Positions 16,607-25,057 of a stretch of DNA of 30,494 nt are shown piece after piece; position 1 is the stretch's first letter; each line of letters begins with the position of its first letter. This DNA comes from a virus (Duplodnaviria; Caudoviricetes). Where the stretch lies: the IMG/VR virus record IMGVR_UViG_3300027639_000002, positions 1 through 30,494 of that record; one strand, written 5' to 3'. The position numbers and the translations under genes were made by a program. Under the pieces are notes generated by a model. It made no database searches, was not told the origin of the DNA, and was given only the letters and a program-made list of their open reading frames with translations.

Positions 16607-17608
16607 TTAGATTTGTACCGCGAGATTCGCAAGGTCGGCAAAATCTGCTACGCCTCCAATATCTTCTACTAAAATCGAAAGAGCATCACCCCCCGCAGGG
16701 CTCCCGGTCCAGAACCGTGCGTTCCCAACAGCGCCGGAATTTGCCATTGTCATAGAGAGTTTTGTCGCCACATTCGAGCCGCTATTGTTTTTTACATAAG
16801 CTACCGTTTGAACACTAGCTCCTAATCCTCCAAAGCCGGCAGGATAATGATAATAGTGCTTATTCAGTATAGTCCCAGTTGTTGAGGCTGAACCTTTTCT
16901 GACTTGCATAATCATCCAGCTGGATGAACCACTATCATTATTAGGACCGTAGCAAATAGTCAGTTTGTACAGTCTGCCATTCACAAAGGTGTAAGTCGGC
17001 TCAACCGCCCAGGATGCGGCGGGAACTGCTACCTCCGAAGATGTTGTACTAGCTACAGTAGTATTGGTGTTGGTGTACTGACAACCGAGAACGCCCTTGC
17101 CTGACAAAGCGACAGCCGCCGCAAGACCTTGAGGAGTTACCGCCCGTACAGCATCAGTTCCAGTTATCGTTTCGGCCGACGTAGCCAGTTCAACTTTTCC
17201 CGAAACGGTCGTACTTGCAGCGGCAACGTGCGTGGTAACTGCGACCGGTAGATTTGCGGGAGTTAGAGCTCGAGTATTGTCAGTTCCGGTAGTAGCTTCC
17301 GCGTTTGTTGCTAGTTCGACTATTCCTTTTGCAGTATCGCTAGCAACTTTTGCCTGAAGGCCCGCTGGTGTGACAGCTCTTACAGCATCAGTTCCAGTTA
17401 TCGTTTCGGCCGACGTAGCCAGTTCAACTTTTCCCTTGACAGTCTCACTTGCATCGGGAATTGCCGCCAGAGCAGATCCAGCATCGATTGTCGAACCGTC
17501 GTGTTGTTCAAGAATTAGATTACCGGAACCATCTATATGTCCTCCGACAACCGTATCGGCCTCGAGGGCTAACAGCCGAGGTAAAGTCATACTTTGAACG
17601 GTGGCCAT
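16607..17608 (-). CDS. Tail-fibre-repeat protein (333 aa)
   Basis: Three copies of ASxTxxGxVELATxAExxTGTDxxRAxTPxxL followed by a beta-rich C-terminal domain. Confidence 0.75.
   Translation of the reverse strand: MATVQSMTLPRLLALEADTVVGGHIDGSGNLILEQHDGSTIDAGSALAAIPDASETVKGKVELATSAETITGTDAVRAVTPAGLQAKVASDTAKGIVELATNAEATTGTDNTRALTPANLPVAVTTHVAAASTTVSGKVELATSAETITGTDAVRAVTPQGLAAAVALSGKGVLGCQYTNTNTTVASTTSSEVAVPAASWAVEPTYTFVNGRLYKLTICYGPNNDSGSSSWMIMQVRKGSASTTGTILNKHYYHYPAGFGGLGASVQTVAYVKNNSGSNVATKLSMTMANSGAVGNARFWTGSPAGGDALSILVEDIGGVADFADLANLAVQI
17147..17435. repeat. Exact 55-bp direct repeat (17147-17201 and 17381-17435)
   Basis: TACAGCATCAGTTCCAGTTATCGTTTCGGCCGACGTAGCCAGTTCAACTTTTCCC twice, 234 bp apart. 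Confidence 0.95.
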
Positions 17609-17616
17609 TTCCCCTC

Positions 17617-18339
17617 CTAAAGAGAGCTGATTTGGTATTCGTCAGGATTTAGAATGATAACTGACGGCCAATCGATTTGGAACGTAGTGGCGTCCAGCAT
17701 TGTAATTGCCGAATCAGGCCCGATGACGCTAAACGTCCCATCGCCATGATCAACCACAAGCAGCAATGAAGCTTGCTCGACGATTTCCCAGACTTCTTGT
17801 GGCGTGGGGAGACGAGGTGGCTCAGATGCGTTTCCGTAGAGCACGTCCTCAAGATCCGCGAGCATCCAAGAATATCCTACCATCCCATCTACGATTAAAT
17901 GGGCAGTTGATCGGGCAAACGGCACTTGTACAGGCGTGGTGGTGAATGCCCAGCTGAATCGATCCGAATCCTCTTGCTGATGAGATACCTCGGATGGAGA
18001 TATAACGACATTATAGACTAAGTGAATCTTATAATAATCATCAGCGCCCGTCCTATAACTGAGACCGAAGCTTCGAGGGCGAGTTTGAACTAGGATTTCG
18101 TCATAGAAAACGTTGGGATAGGTGAAAGCCTCAATGACACCAGCAAATTGACCCTCAGATCGCCGGTTCTGAATTTTCATCCCGTCAACGTAGCGAGGGC
18201 GATATAACGATTCAATCGGAGCCTCTCGAAGTGCCGAAAATCCATTCCAAGCTTGACCTGGACCCACAGGGGGATAGAAAACGACTCGATCTATACCCCA
18301 TTCCGAAATACGACTTCCGTCCCAAGTCAATCTGCTCAT
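17617..18339 (-). CDS. Major tail protein paralogue 3 (divergent, 240 aa)
   Basis: LTWD..., [22 protein letters not shown] and PRLPTP motifs shared with the main tail protein. Confidence 0.75.
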   Translation of the reverse strand: MSRLTWDGSRISEWGIDRVVFYPPVGPGQAWNGFSALREAPIESLYRPRYVDGMKIQNRRSEGQFAGVIEAFTYPNVFYDEILVQTRPRSFGLSYRTGADDYYKIHLVYNVVISPSEVSHQQEDSDRFSWAFTTTPVQVPFARSTAHLIVDGMVGYSWMLADLEDVLYGNASEPPRLPTPQEVWEIVEQASLLLVVDHGDGTFSVIGPDSAITMLDATTFQIDWPSVIILNPDEYQISSL

Positions 18340-18974
18340 GGCACAAACAACGCAATCAATTCGTCGGGAGTTGGTAGCGTTGGGGGATCGAGCTCGGTGC
18401 CGTAGAGAAAATCCTCCACCTCTACCAAAATATCCGGATCTGTACTTCGAGAATCAATCACCAAATGCGCCGTTGGTTTGTACCCCGTAATTGCTGGCGG
18501 CTTTGTGGTGATGGCCCAACTGAGCTTGGTAGGGTCAACGTTGTCCCCGATTGTCACACTATTACGTTCTGCTGGAGCTGCAACGGCATTATACACCAGA
18601 TGAATCTTGTACCCGTGATCCACTCCAGAAATATCGTTCCCTACGCGGGTTCGGTAACACAACCCAAACGATTTCCGAGGTTGTTGAGTTGCGAAAAGCC
18701 CGGTGTGAACGCCAACTGTGCCTTCGCATACACCAAATTCCGCCGGAGCTGAAAAAGCCTCAATCGTCGCGGCGAATTCCTCACTAGACAGCAGATTTAG
18801 GTATTTAGTGCCATCGATGTAATAAGGACGGGGTTCTCCACCGGAGATAGTCTCATTTATCGATATGAGACCAATCCAGGCAACACCAGAGCCAGCGAGA
18901 GGGTATAGAACGCCTCGATCAACGCCGATTTCGAAGTATCGTTCCCCTCGACCATCCCAGGTAAGTCTTGCCAT
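18336..18974 (-). CDS. Major tail protein paralogue 2 (212 aa)
   Basis: [39 protein letters not shown] and LYGT...PTLPTPD motifs. Confidence 0.8.
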   Translation of the reverse strand: MARLTWDGRGERYFEIGVDRGVLYPLAGSGVAWIGLISINETISGGEPRPYYIDGTKYLNLLSSEEFAATIEAFSAPAEFGVCEGTVGVHTGLFATQQPRKSFGLCYRTRVGNDISGVDHGYKIHLVYNAVAAPAERNSVTIGDNVDPTKLSWAITTKPPAITGYKPTAHLVIDSRSTDPDILVEVEDFLYGTELDPPTLPTPDELIALFVP

Positions 18975-18986
18975 GGAATCCTCCTC

Positions 18987-19526
18987 TCAGCCCTTGGTTC
19001 CCAGCTGTTGACGACGTTGTGCGTTCAGAGCATGACGATTTCGAGCTGCATCGCGAGCACTCATCTTCTTCGGAGGTACGTTCTTTATGTTGCATACCTT
19101 GATAAGGGTCAAGAGACGATTCAAATGCCAATACTGACATTCAAAGGGTATGCCGAGCGCGATCATCCAATAGTAGATCAGCTCGGACGTTATGATTTCT
19201 CGATTAGGTTTCTGACCCGGAATCTCTTTGATCGTTGTGGCCGTCATCTTGGCGTTGACGTATTCGTTAATCTTGTCAACGTTTCCTTGCGAAAGCTTTT
19301 CGTAGACATCAGGAGAAATCCCCGGGGAGATTGTCATAGCTCTGACATACCATAATGTCTCTTCGGTAGTCTTGTCTTGATCTCCTAAGAAGGGTTTCTC
19401 AAAGAAAGACTCCCATTTTGACAGTGAGACCAGAGAATGCTCAAGCTCCAGTCTTGTTCCGTCAACGATGAACTTCGAAGTCTTCTCGTCGAAAGACTCA
19501 GTTTCTGAAACAACAATCGTAAGCAT
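18987..19526 (-). CDS. Probable tail assembly chaperone-like protein (179 aa, MLTIVVSE...)
   Basis: Start moved to ATG 19526 (AAGGAGG RBS); function inferred from position after the major tail gene. Confidence 0.6.
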   Translation of the reverse strand: MLTIVVSETESFDEKTSKFIVDGTRLELEHSLVSLSKWESFFEKPFLGDQDKTTEETLWYVRAMTISPGISPDVYEKLSQGNVDKINEYVNAKMTATTIKEIPGQKPNREIITSELIYYWMIALGIPFECQYWHLNRLLTLIKVCNIKNVPPKKMSARDAARNRHALNAQRRQQLGTKG

Positions 19527-19548
19527 TCTCTGGCCTCCTTTCGAACTT

Positions 19549-20418
19549 CTAGACGAACGTGAACAGCCAGTCGTCATCCGTAACTGCCGGGAATCGGTAG
19601 CCGGCGGCCGGATAGGCATTGACGACAGTGTTCTGCGTGATTGGACCGTAGGCACCCGAAGGAACTGTGACGCCATTGATCTTGTAGACCACACCAACCG
19701 TGCTGGGGATGGTGATAATGTCTGTACCCGAATCGTAGGTCGGGACTCCCGGCGTAACGGTCGTAACTGCGCCAGCGAACAGGGCAATGACATCGTCCGG
19801 AAGAGGAAGCTGCGGATCGGTCCCCGCGGTCCCGTACAGAAGATCCTCAAGAGCTGTCAGGTTGGACGATGGCACCTTGGTTGAATCGATTGTGATGTAG
19901 GACGACGGCTTCAGACCCGTCACCGCGATCGGGAGGGTCATGACCTCCCAACTGAAGGCCACCGCCTCGGGCGAATCGTTGATGGTCGTGTGCGCCTGCT
20001 CCGACGGAGCGGCCGTACAGTTATACACAAGATGGATCTTGTAGCCAGCATCGGCATTGAGATCAGTCCCCACCTTGGTACGGTAACTGAAGCCGAACGG
20101 CTTGCGTGTTTGCTGACCGACGAAGACGCCTTCTTCAGCTTCCGCTGTACCATCGTGCTCCGGCCACTCGTCCGGATAGGTGAAGGCTTCGATGGTGAAG
20201 CCGAACTCTTCCGCCGAGTACAGGTTGAGGTACTTGATGTTGTCCGCGTATTGGGGCTGAGCCTCAGCTCCTGATGGGGAATCCGTAACCGTCGTTAGAC
20301 CGTTCCAGGCATAACCAATCGGGTAGTTGCCAAAGGCGTCAGGCTTGTAGAGGACTCCGTGGTCAACGCCGTTTTCGTATCGACGCTCACCTGTCTTGTC
20401 CCATTCAAGAATGGCCAT
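19549..20418 (-). CDS. Major tail (tube) protein with C-terminal Ig-like extension
   Basis: [31 protein letters not shown] motifs; follows the tail terminator gene. Confidence 0.9.
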   Translation of the reverse strand: MAILEWDKTGERRYENGVDHGVLYKPDAFGNYPIGYAWNGLTTVTDSPSGAEAQPQYADNIKYLNLYSAEEFGFTIEAFTYPDEWPEHDGTAEAEEGVFVGQQTRKPFGFSYRTKVGTDLNADAGYKIHLVYNCTAAPSEQAHTTINDSPEAVAFSWEVMTLPIAVTGLKPSSYITIDSTKVPSSNLTALEDLLYGTAGTDPQLPLPDDVIALFAGAVTTVTPGVPTYDSGTDIITIPSTVGVVYKINGVTVPSGAYGPITQNTVVNAYPAAGYRFPAVTDDDWLFTFV

Positions 20419-20428
20419 TACTTCTCCT

Positions 20429-20734
20429 TCAGAAGTACAAATTGAAGACGTCGTGATTCAGATCGTTCACCGCATACCAACGTTCATGAAGACACCGCTG
20501 CAAAGCAACCAGTTTCTGCCAAGTGGCATCGTCCGGATCCTCTGAAATTAGTGTCACCAAATATCGCTGAGTCACGCGGTATGGATAATTGTCTCCGAAC
20601 TTAGTGTCCGCGTTGTTTCTTTTATATACGATAGCTGGATACTGCAGCTGAATGTTCGGAGGCGGCTGAAAATATACATTATCCGAGCCGAGAAGAGTCT
20701 CAAGGAGACTCTGGAGCTGCGGCCTTCGGTCCAT
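20429..20734 (-). CDS. Tail terminator protein
   Basis: NVYFQPP...YPAIVY motif, size and position before the tail tube gene. Confidence 0.75.
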   Translation of the reverse strand: MDRRPQLQSLLETLLGSDNVYFQPPPNIQLQYPAIVYKRNNADTKFGDNYPYRVTQRYLVTLISEDPDDATWQKLVALQRCLHERWYAVNDLNHDVFNLYF

Positions 20735-21041
20735 TGTATAAACCTCCCAACCTCAACAGCAGTCGGGGTCTCTGAACTTCAACGTTTCGTATCTTCCAGA
20801 GGTTCCCTTGCCAATTCACGTATACCATCGCAGAGAAATGTTCGAAGGCATATGGATCCGCGACAATGCTCACAGCGTTGCCAATGGAAATATCATCATT
20901 GACAGCCTCGGTCTCCTGGAGTTCTCGAGAAAGCCTCACTACATCACCGGAATATGATCTTTCGGTGATCTCTCTCTTCCAAACTCCAGGAGACGTCTCC
21001 GTGGCAAAGCCGTATCCGATCTCACCGAAGAACTTTGCCAT
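20700..21041 (-). CDS. Head-tail stopper/closure protein
   Basis: 113-aa beta-rich protein directly after the capsid gene. Confidence 0.7.
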   Translation of the reverse strand: MAKFFGEIGYGFATETSPGVWKREITERSYSGDVVRLSRELQETEAVNDDISIGNAVSIVADPYAFEHFSAMVYVNWQGNLWKIRNVEVQRPRLLLRLGGLYNGPKAAAPESP

Positions 21042-21056
21042 GGCGAGTACCGCCTA

Positions 21057-23051
21057 TTAAGCGGCCGGACGCGTGAACGACCACTCGTCGTCGGCGTTGG
21101 TGGAGAAGTAGTAGCCAGACGCCGGAGTAGCAAGGACGTTGAGCGTGGCGCCTGCTGCCAGAGCTGCCTGAGCACCTGCACTCAGAGTTGCGCTGGTGTC
21201 CGCGTTCTTGTAAACCACACCGGTCTGAGTCGGAATGGTCACCACACCAGTGGCCGGCACGAAGGTCGGCTCAGTGATCGGGTCCACCAGAACGTTCGCT
21301 GAATCCGTCTTCTTGAGGATAAGCGCCGACTTGATCTTCGTCAGTGCGCCCGAAAGACGAGTCTCCAGCAGGTACTTGTACTGGTTGTAGTCGATGTCGA
21401 AGTCATCGAACCTCGTCAGCTCGCCGCCCTTGTTGGTACCGATGTTGTAATCGGCCAGATTGACGATGATGCCAATGAGATCATCGTACGCGGGGTCCTC
21501 CATCGGCTCGACCGTGACAATCTCACGCACCCGAAGAGCCGTTGCCAGCTCCGCCGCACTGTTGTAGAGACGGCGATTCGAGGACGCCTCATCGCGGAGG
21601 AGAAGCATCTCCGACAGGTGCAGTTCAGTCGTGTAGAACGTCGGGGTACCAGAACCCTTGTAGAACCGGCGGGCCCGGAGAACAGCATCGATGACCTCCA
21701 TGTAGCTGGAGCTCGCGTCACCAATGTTGACGTTAACTGTAGTTGCGAACAGCTCGTGCTCGTTAACGATCGAGCGGATGCCGTTTCCGTCGGTAGCGGC
21801 CGCGGGGTCCTTGATCTTGTCCTCGTCGGACACATCCCGACCATCGCCGATGAGGATCGCGCGAGCGATTTCCTCCTTCAGCATCATCTCGATTTCCATC
21901 CACAACCACGACACGACATCAAAGTCGGTAATGTCGATGATGTCGTCGCGGTCGAGCTTCTGCTTCTTGTAGATCGTGGTCGGACCGGTGGTCCGCTTCG
22001 TAACGCCGAACCACTCTTCCTTCTTGTACTCACCCTTGATGTAACCCTTGGCCCGAGCCTCGTCCTGTGTGAGATCTGCCGTGAGGGTTTTCACCTTCGC
22101 GAAAGGAGTCTTACCAGTGCCGTTGATCACACCGGTAACCCACTCCATCCGGCGCTGATTGAACTCGGGACGGTCCTGAAGCGTCCGAGCGTCCGGGAAC
22201 AACAACTCAATGTCGTTGATGCCGTGCGCCAGAGCATACTCTTCAAGCGCGTGCTTGAGCGAACCGCCCTTGGCGGCGCTCGCCACGATGCCCTTAACAT
22301 CTTCGTGGCTGAGAACAGGCTTGTTCTCCGTCGCTGGCTTGCCGTTCTGGTCGAAGACGTTCCGGGTCATCGTACCCTTTCCTTCCTGGTGTTCGAGAGA
22401 GTCCTCGTTGTTGTCGGCGGCATCTTCGCCATCTGTTTCAGACTGTTCGAGCGAGCCTGCGTTTTCGAGAGCGGCGCCGATCATGAAATGAACCACGGTC
22501 TTCTGCTCTTCGCTCAGAGAGTCATAGACTTCCTGAACAGTTTTCCCATCGGCGTGCTCGACTTCCGTCTCGTCGTCTTCCTCAACCGACGAGATTTCAA
22601 GCTCCAAGCCCATGTGGATGATTGCTTCGTCGTCCAACGTCTCGATGTCGTCTGCGCTGTGTGCGATTCGAACATTCTCGATGAAAGCGCCAGGATTCGC
22701 CCCTGCGATAACGAGACTAACTTCACGGATCATTCCATGAAGAACCTGCTTGGACTTCTCGACCAATTGATTGGCATAGATCGAGAGACTCTTGATGTCG
22801 CCATGCTGAACCAACGCCTTGGCGTTCTGACCGGCAGGCGTGCCGTTGAAGAAACCCTCAACCCACATTCCATCGGGGCGAGCCCGTAGAATACCGTGGC
22901 CGAGGACGTTCTCTGGAGAATCGTGGTCATGCTTCCAAACCAGAGGAACCTGCTGCCCGTCCATGTGTTTGAACGCTTCGGGCGTGATGGTTCGTCCGTC
23001 GGAGCACCTGAGACCAGCCTTAGTGGCGTAACCTGAGAAATCAGGTTCCAT
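21057..23051 (-). CDS. Fused HK97-family prohead protease, acidic linker/scaffold and major capsid protein (664 aa)
   Basis: Start at ATG 23051 (AAGGAG RBS); protease motifs VPLVWKHDH, SLSIYA, IREVSLV..GANP; capsid motif EEIARAILIGDG. Confidence 0.9.
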   Translation of the reverse strand: MEPDFSGYATKAGLRCSDGRTITPEAFKHMDGQQVPLVWKHDHDSPENVLGHGILRARPDGMWVEGFFNGTPAGQNAKALVQHGDIKSLSIYANQLVEKSKQVLHGMIREVSLVIAGANPGAFIENVRIAHSADDIETLDDEAIIHMGLELEISSVEEDDETEVEHADGKTVQEVYDSLSEEQKTVVHFMIGAALENAGSLEQSETDGEDAADNNEDSLEHQEGKGTMTRNVFDQNGKPATENKPVLSHEDVKGIVASAAKGGSLKHALEEYALAHGINDIELLFPDARTLQDRPEFNQRRMEWVTGVINGTGKTPFAKVKTLTADLTQDEARAKGYIKGEYKKEEWFGVTKRTTGPTTIYKKQKLDRDDIIDITDFDVVSWLWMEIEMMLKEEIARAILIGDGRDVSDEDKIKDPAAATDGNGIRSIVNEHELFATTVNVNIGDASSSYMEVIDAVLRARRFYKGSGTPTFYTTELHLSEMLLLRDEASSNRRLYNSAAELATALRVREIVTVEPMEDPAYDDLIGIIVNLADYNIGTNKGGELTRFDDFDIDYNQYKYLLETRLSGALTKIKSALILKKTDSANVLVDPITEPTFVPATGVVTIPTQTGVVYKNADTSATLSAGAQAALAAGATLNVLATPASGYYFSTNADDEWSFTRPAA

Positions 23052-23083
23052 TTTGACTGTCTCCTTCCAATTGAAGAGTTTCG

Positions 23084-24361
23084 TTAACTCGACTCCGACG
23101 GAGTCGCTTCGATTTCCCTTACCGGCCAATCAACACTAGCCGGGACTCTTCTCGGCGATAGTGTATCTTCAGTACTAGGCAAAGGCATGTTGGTGTTTCG
23201 AAGTTCATCGGCTTTCGGATCCTTAGATGGCTTCCAACCGATTGCTTGACGGAGATCGTTGGACGAAGCAATCTCAGAACGAGTGAACTTGTCGGCGATC
23301 TCGGCCATGTCTTTGAGCGGAACCAGCTTGAACGGATCACGGAAAGCCATAATCCATTGCTTTTGCGAACGGGCTGTCTTGGATAGGAAGGTTCGCCGCA
23401 TAGCTTCTACCACAGCAGTTACAAGAGGTTCGATAGTGCGATGGTAGTAGTTAAGCATAGTGGCTTCATCAGCTGTGCCGGCCATGATCTCGGGGGTAAG
23501 ACCTAGCTCGCGGTACAACTCTTCGATAAGGTACTTAACCTGCTCGAAAAGATTGTTCTCTGCTGGTCGGTTAAGCTGGGTGATCTTCTCGGTAGCGTCA
23601 CTATAGGCGATACCATACTTACTATCCTTGAGTTGATACTCCATGTCCTTTCGTCGCTGTTCTGCAGCCAGACGGCGGCTTTCGGACTTAATGGTGTAAG
23701 GTAGTTGGATGATGATGTCCAATTTGCCCGAACTGGACTGCTCATCAACCACATCAAGAAGATTGAGTTTTGCGATGAGTCTCTGAAGAGTAGAATTTGG
23801 CTCGTTCATGATCGCAAAAAGTGGATTCTCTACAATCGCGACGAACTTCTTCTCTAGTGTGATCTCTTCTCGCATCCCTTTCTCTTCGTTGTAGAGCTCA
23901 ACTCTGACGTGTTTTGGATACCATCTTGTGACTTTACCCACTCGCAAGGTTATGATGTTGAAACCCGCCGAATTAGACGGATTAACAGATACATCGACCG
24001 GAACGATCGCAGCCACACCCTGATCGAACAACGTCGCAAAGATGTCTTGTTTGAAATGTCGTGGTCCTTGGTCGATGTTGGCTTCGACCTTGAAGCAGTT
24101 GTTCAAACCACTATCGATGTCTTCAACATAACGATCGTCATCATCGAGTCGGACATGACGAATATCAATTGCCGCTGCATCGATACCAAGACGAGTGTAG
24201 ATCGAGGAGATGATGGAACGCTGATTCGTAGTTCGAAGACGAATTCTATCCGGTCTTACGCCGAAACTTCCTCCCGAACCATAATAATTAACTCGGGTTC
24301 TCCAGTCTTCGTCACGGAATGCATTCCAAGCATGCATGATTCGATCCCTGAGACCTGGCAC
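23084..24361 (-). CDS. Portal protein
   Basis: 425 aa between terL and the protease-capsid gene; GGAGGTGA RBS before GTG; HK97-like features. Confidence 0.9.
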   Translation of the reverse strand: MPGLRDRIMHAWNAFRDEDWRTRVNYYGSGGSFGVRPDRIRLRTTNQRSIISSIYTRLGIDAAAIDIRHVRLDDDDRYVEDIDSGLNNCFKVEANIDQGPRHFKQDIFATLFDQGVAAIVPVDVSVNPSNSAGFNIITLRVGKVTRWYPKHVRVELYNEEKGMREEITLEKKFVAIVENPLFAIMNEPNSTLQRLIAKLNLLDVVDEQSSSGKLDIIIQLPYTIKSESRRLAAEQRRKDMEYQLKDSKYGIAYSDATEKITQLNRPAENNLFEQVKYLIEELYRELGLTPEIMAGTADEATMLNYYHRTIEPLVTAVVEAMRRTFLSKTARSQKQWIMAFRDPFKLVPLKDMAEIADKFTRSEIASSNDLRQAIGWKPSKDPKADELRNTNMPLPSTEDTLSPRRVPASVDWPVREIEATPSESS

Positions 24362-24391
24362 GATTCACCTCCTCCCGATCCATCTAGTCTC

Positions 24392-25057
24392 CTATAGGGT
24401 TGTGATTTTGAATGCGCCCCGGCTCTTCCTGGCATACTTAAGCTTAGAAGCGACCGAGCCAATGGCTCTTGTGGAAGAAAGTCGCGCGGAATTGTTGGCG
24501 GCGGCCCTAGCTGCGATAGACGACATCGCTCTCGAACCGATCGTTTTCAGCAGGCCGGAAGCCAAAGCTCCCCCTGCACCGATCATTGCTCCGGATGGAG
24601 CTCCTATTCCGCCAGCTTTTCTGCGACCCTTCACATTTTTGTATGCCTTAGCATCCTGTTTCGCTTCGATCCGCCTGGATGCTATAGATGAAGTAGCTAT
24701 AGCGGCTACCGATACTCCAACACCAATGCCGGAAGATGCGAAGAGTAACGATGAAAACTTTTCCCCGCGCGTCATTCGAACGGCAGCCACACGAGCTGGG
24801 TTGTTCAAATATTCGCGATTCAGTTTCTCAAGCTTCTTCTCGCCGGCTTTTCTAGCTGCAGAGCCTTCCGCTAGATCGTTTACCTTGCGAGCTTCTTCTC
24901 GATACTTTTTGTTTTGTACACGCAGTTCTTTTCGAGCGGTTCGAATTTCAGCGCCCGTGTACTTCTTTCGCTGCCCCCACTTCATACCAAGAACGCCGTA
25001 ATGTTCAAGGTAGTATTGATCGAGTGAAGGCTTGTCATCACCGAGCAACACTTTCAC
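24392..25057 (-). CDS. HxGxxGMKWG-motif protein 1 (221 aa, basic, two Gly/Ala-rich hydrophobic segments)
   Basis: LEHYGVLGMKWGQRK near the N-terminus; GTGA overlap with the terL stop. Confidence 0.8.
   Translation of the reverse strand: MKVLLGDDKPSLDQYYLEHYGVLGMKWGQRKKYTGAEIRTARKELRVQNKKYREEARKVNDLAEGSAARKAGEKKLEKLNREYLNNPARVAAVRMTRGEKFSSLLFASSGIGVGVSVAAIATSSIASRRIEAKQDAKAYKNVKGRRKAGGIGAPSGAMIGAGGALASGLLKTIGSRAMSSIAARAAANNSARLSSTRAIGSVASKLKYARKSRGAFKITTL

Noticed and set aside
19315-19332. AAATCCCCGGGGAGATT, similar to the intergenic CCGG palindromes
   Set aside because: Lies inside a coding region (ISPGIS) and lacks the long A/T arms, so probably chance.
19527-19850. Open upstream extension of the chaperone frame inside the major tail gene (possible programmed frameshift)
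   Set aside because: The extension is Arg/Ser/Pro-rich off-frame sequence, no slippery heptamer was seen, and a strong RBS precedes ATG 19526.
21618-22889. Long plus-strand ORFs (423 aa here; also 418..981, 2294..3001, 13039..13866, 24336..25001)
   Set aside because: Antisense shadows of well-supported minus-strand genes with no recognisable motifs.
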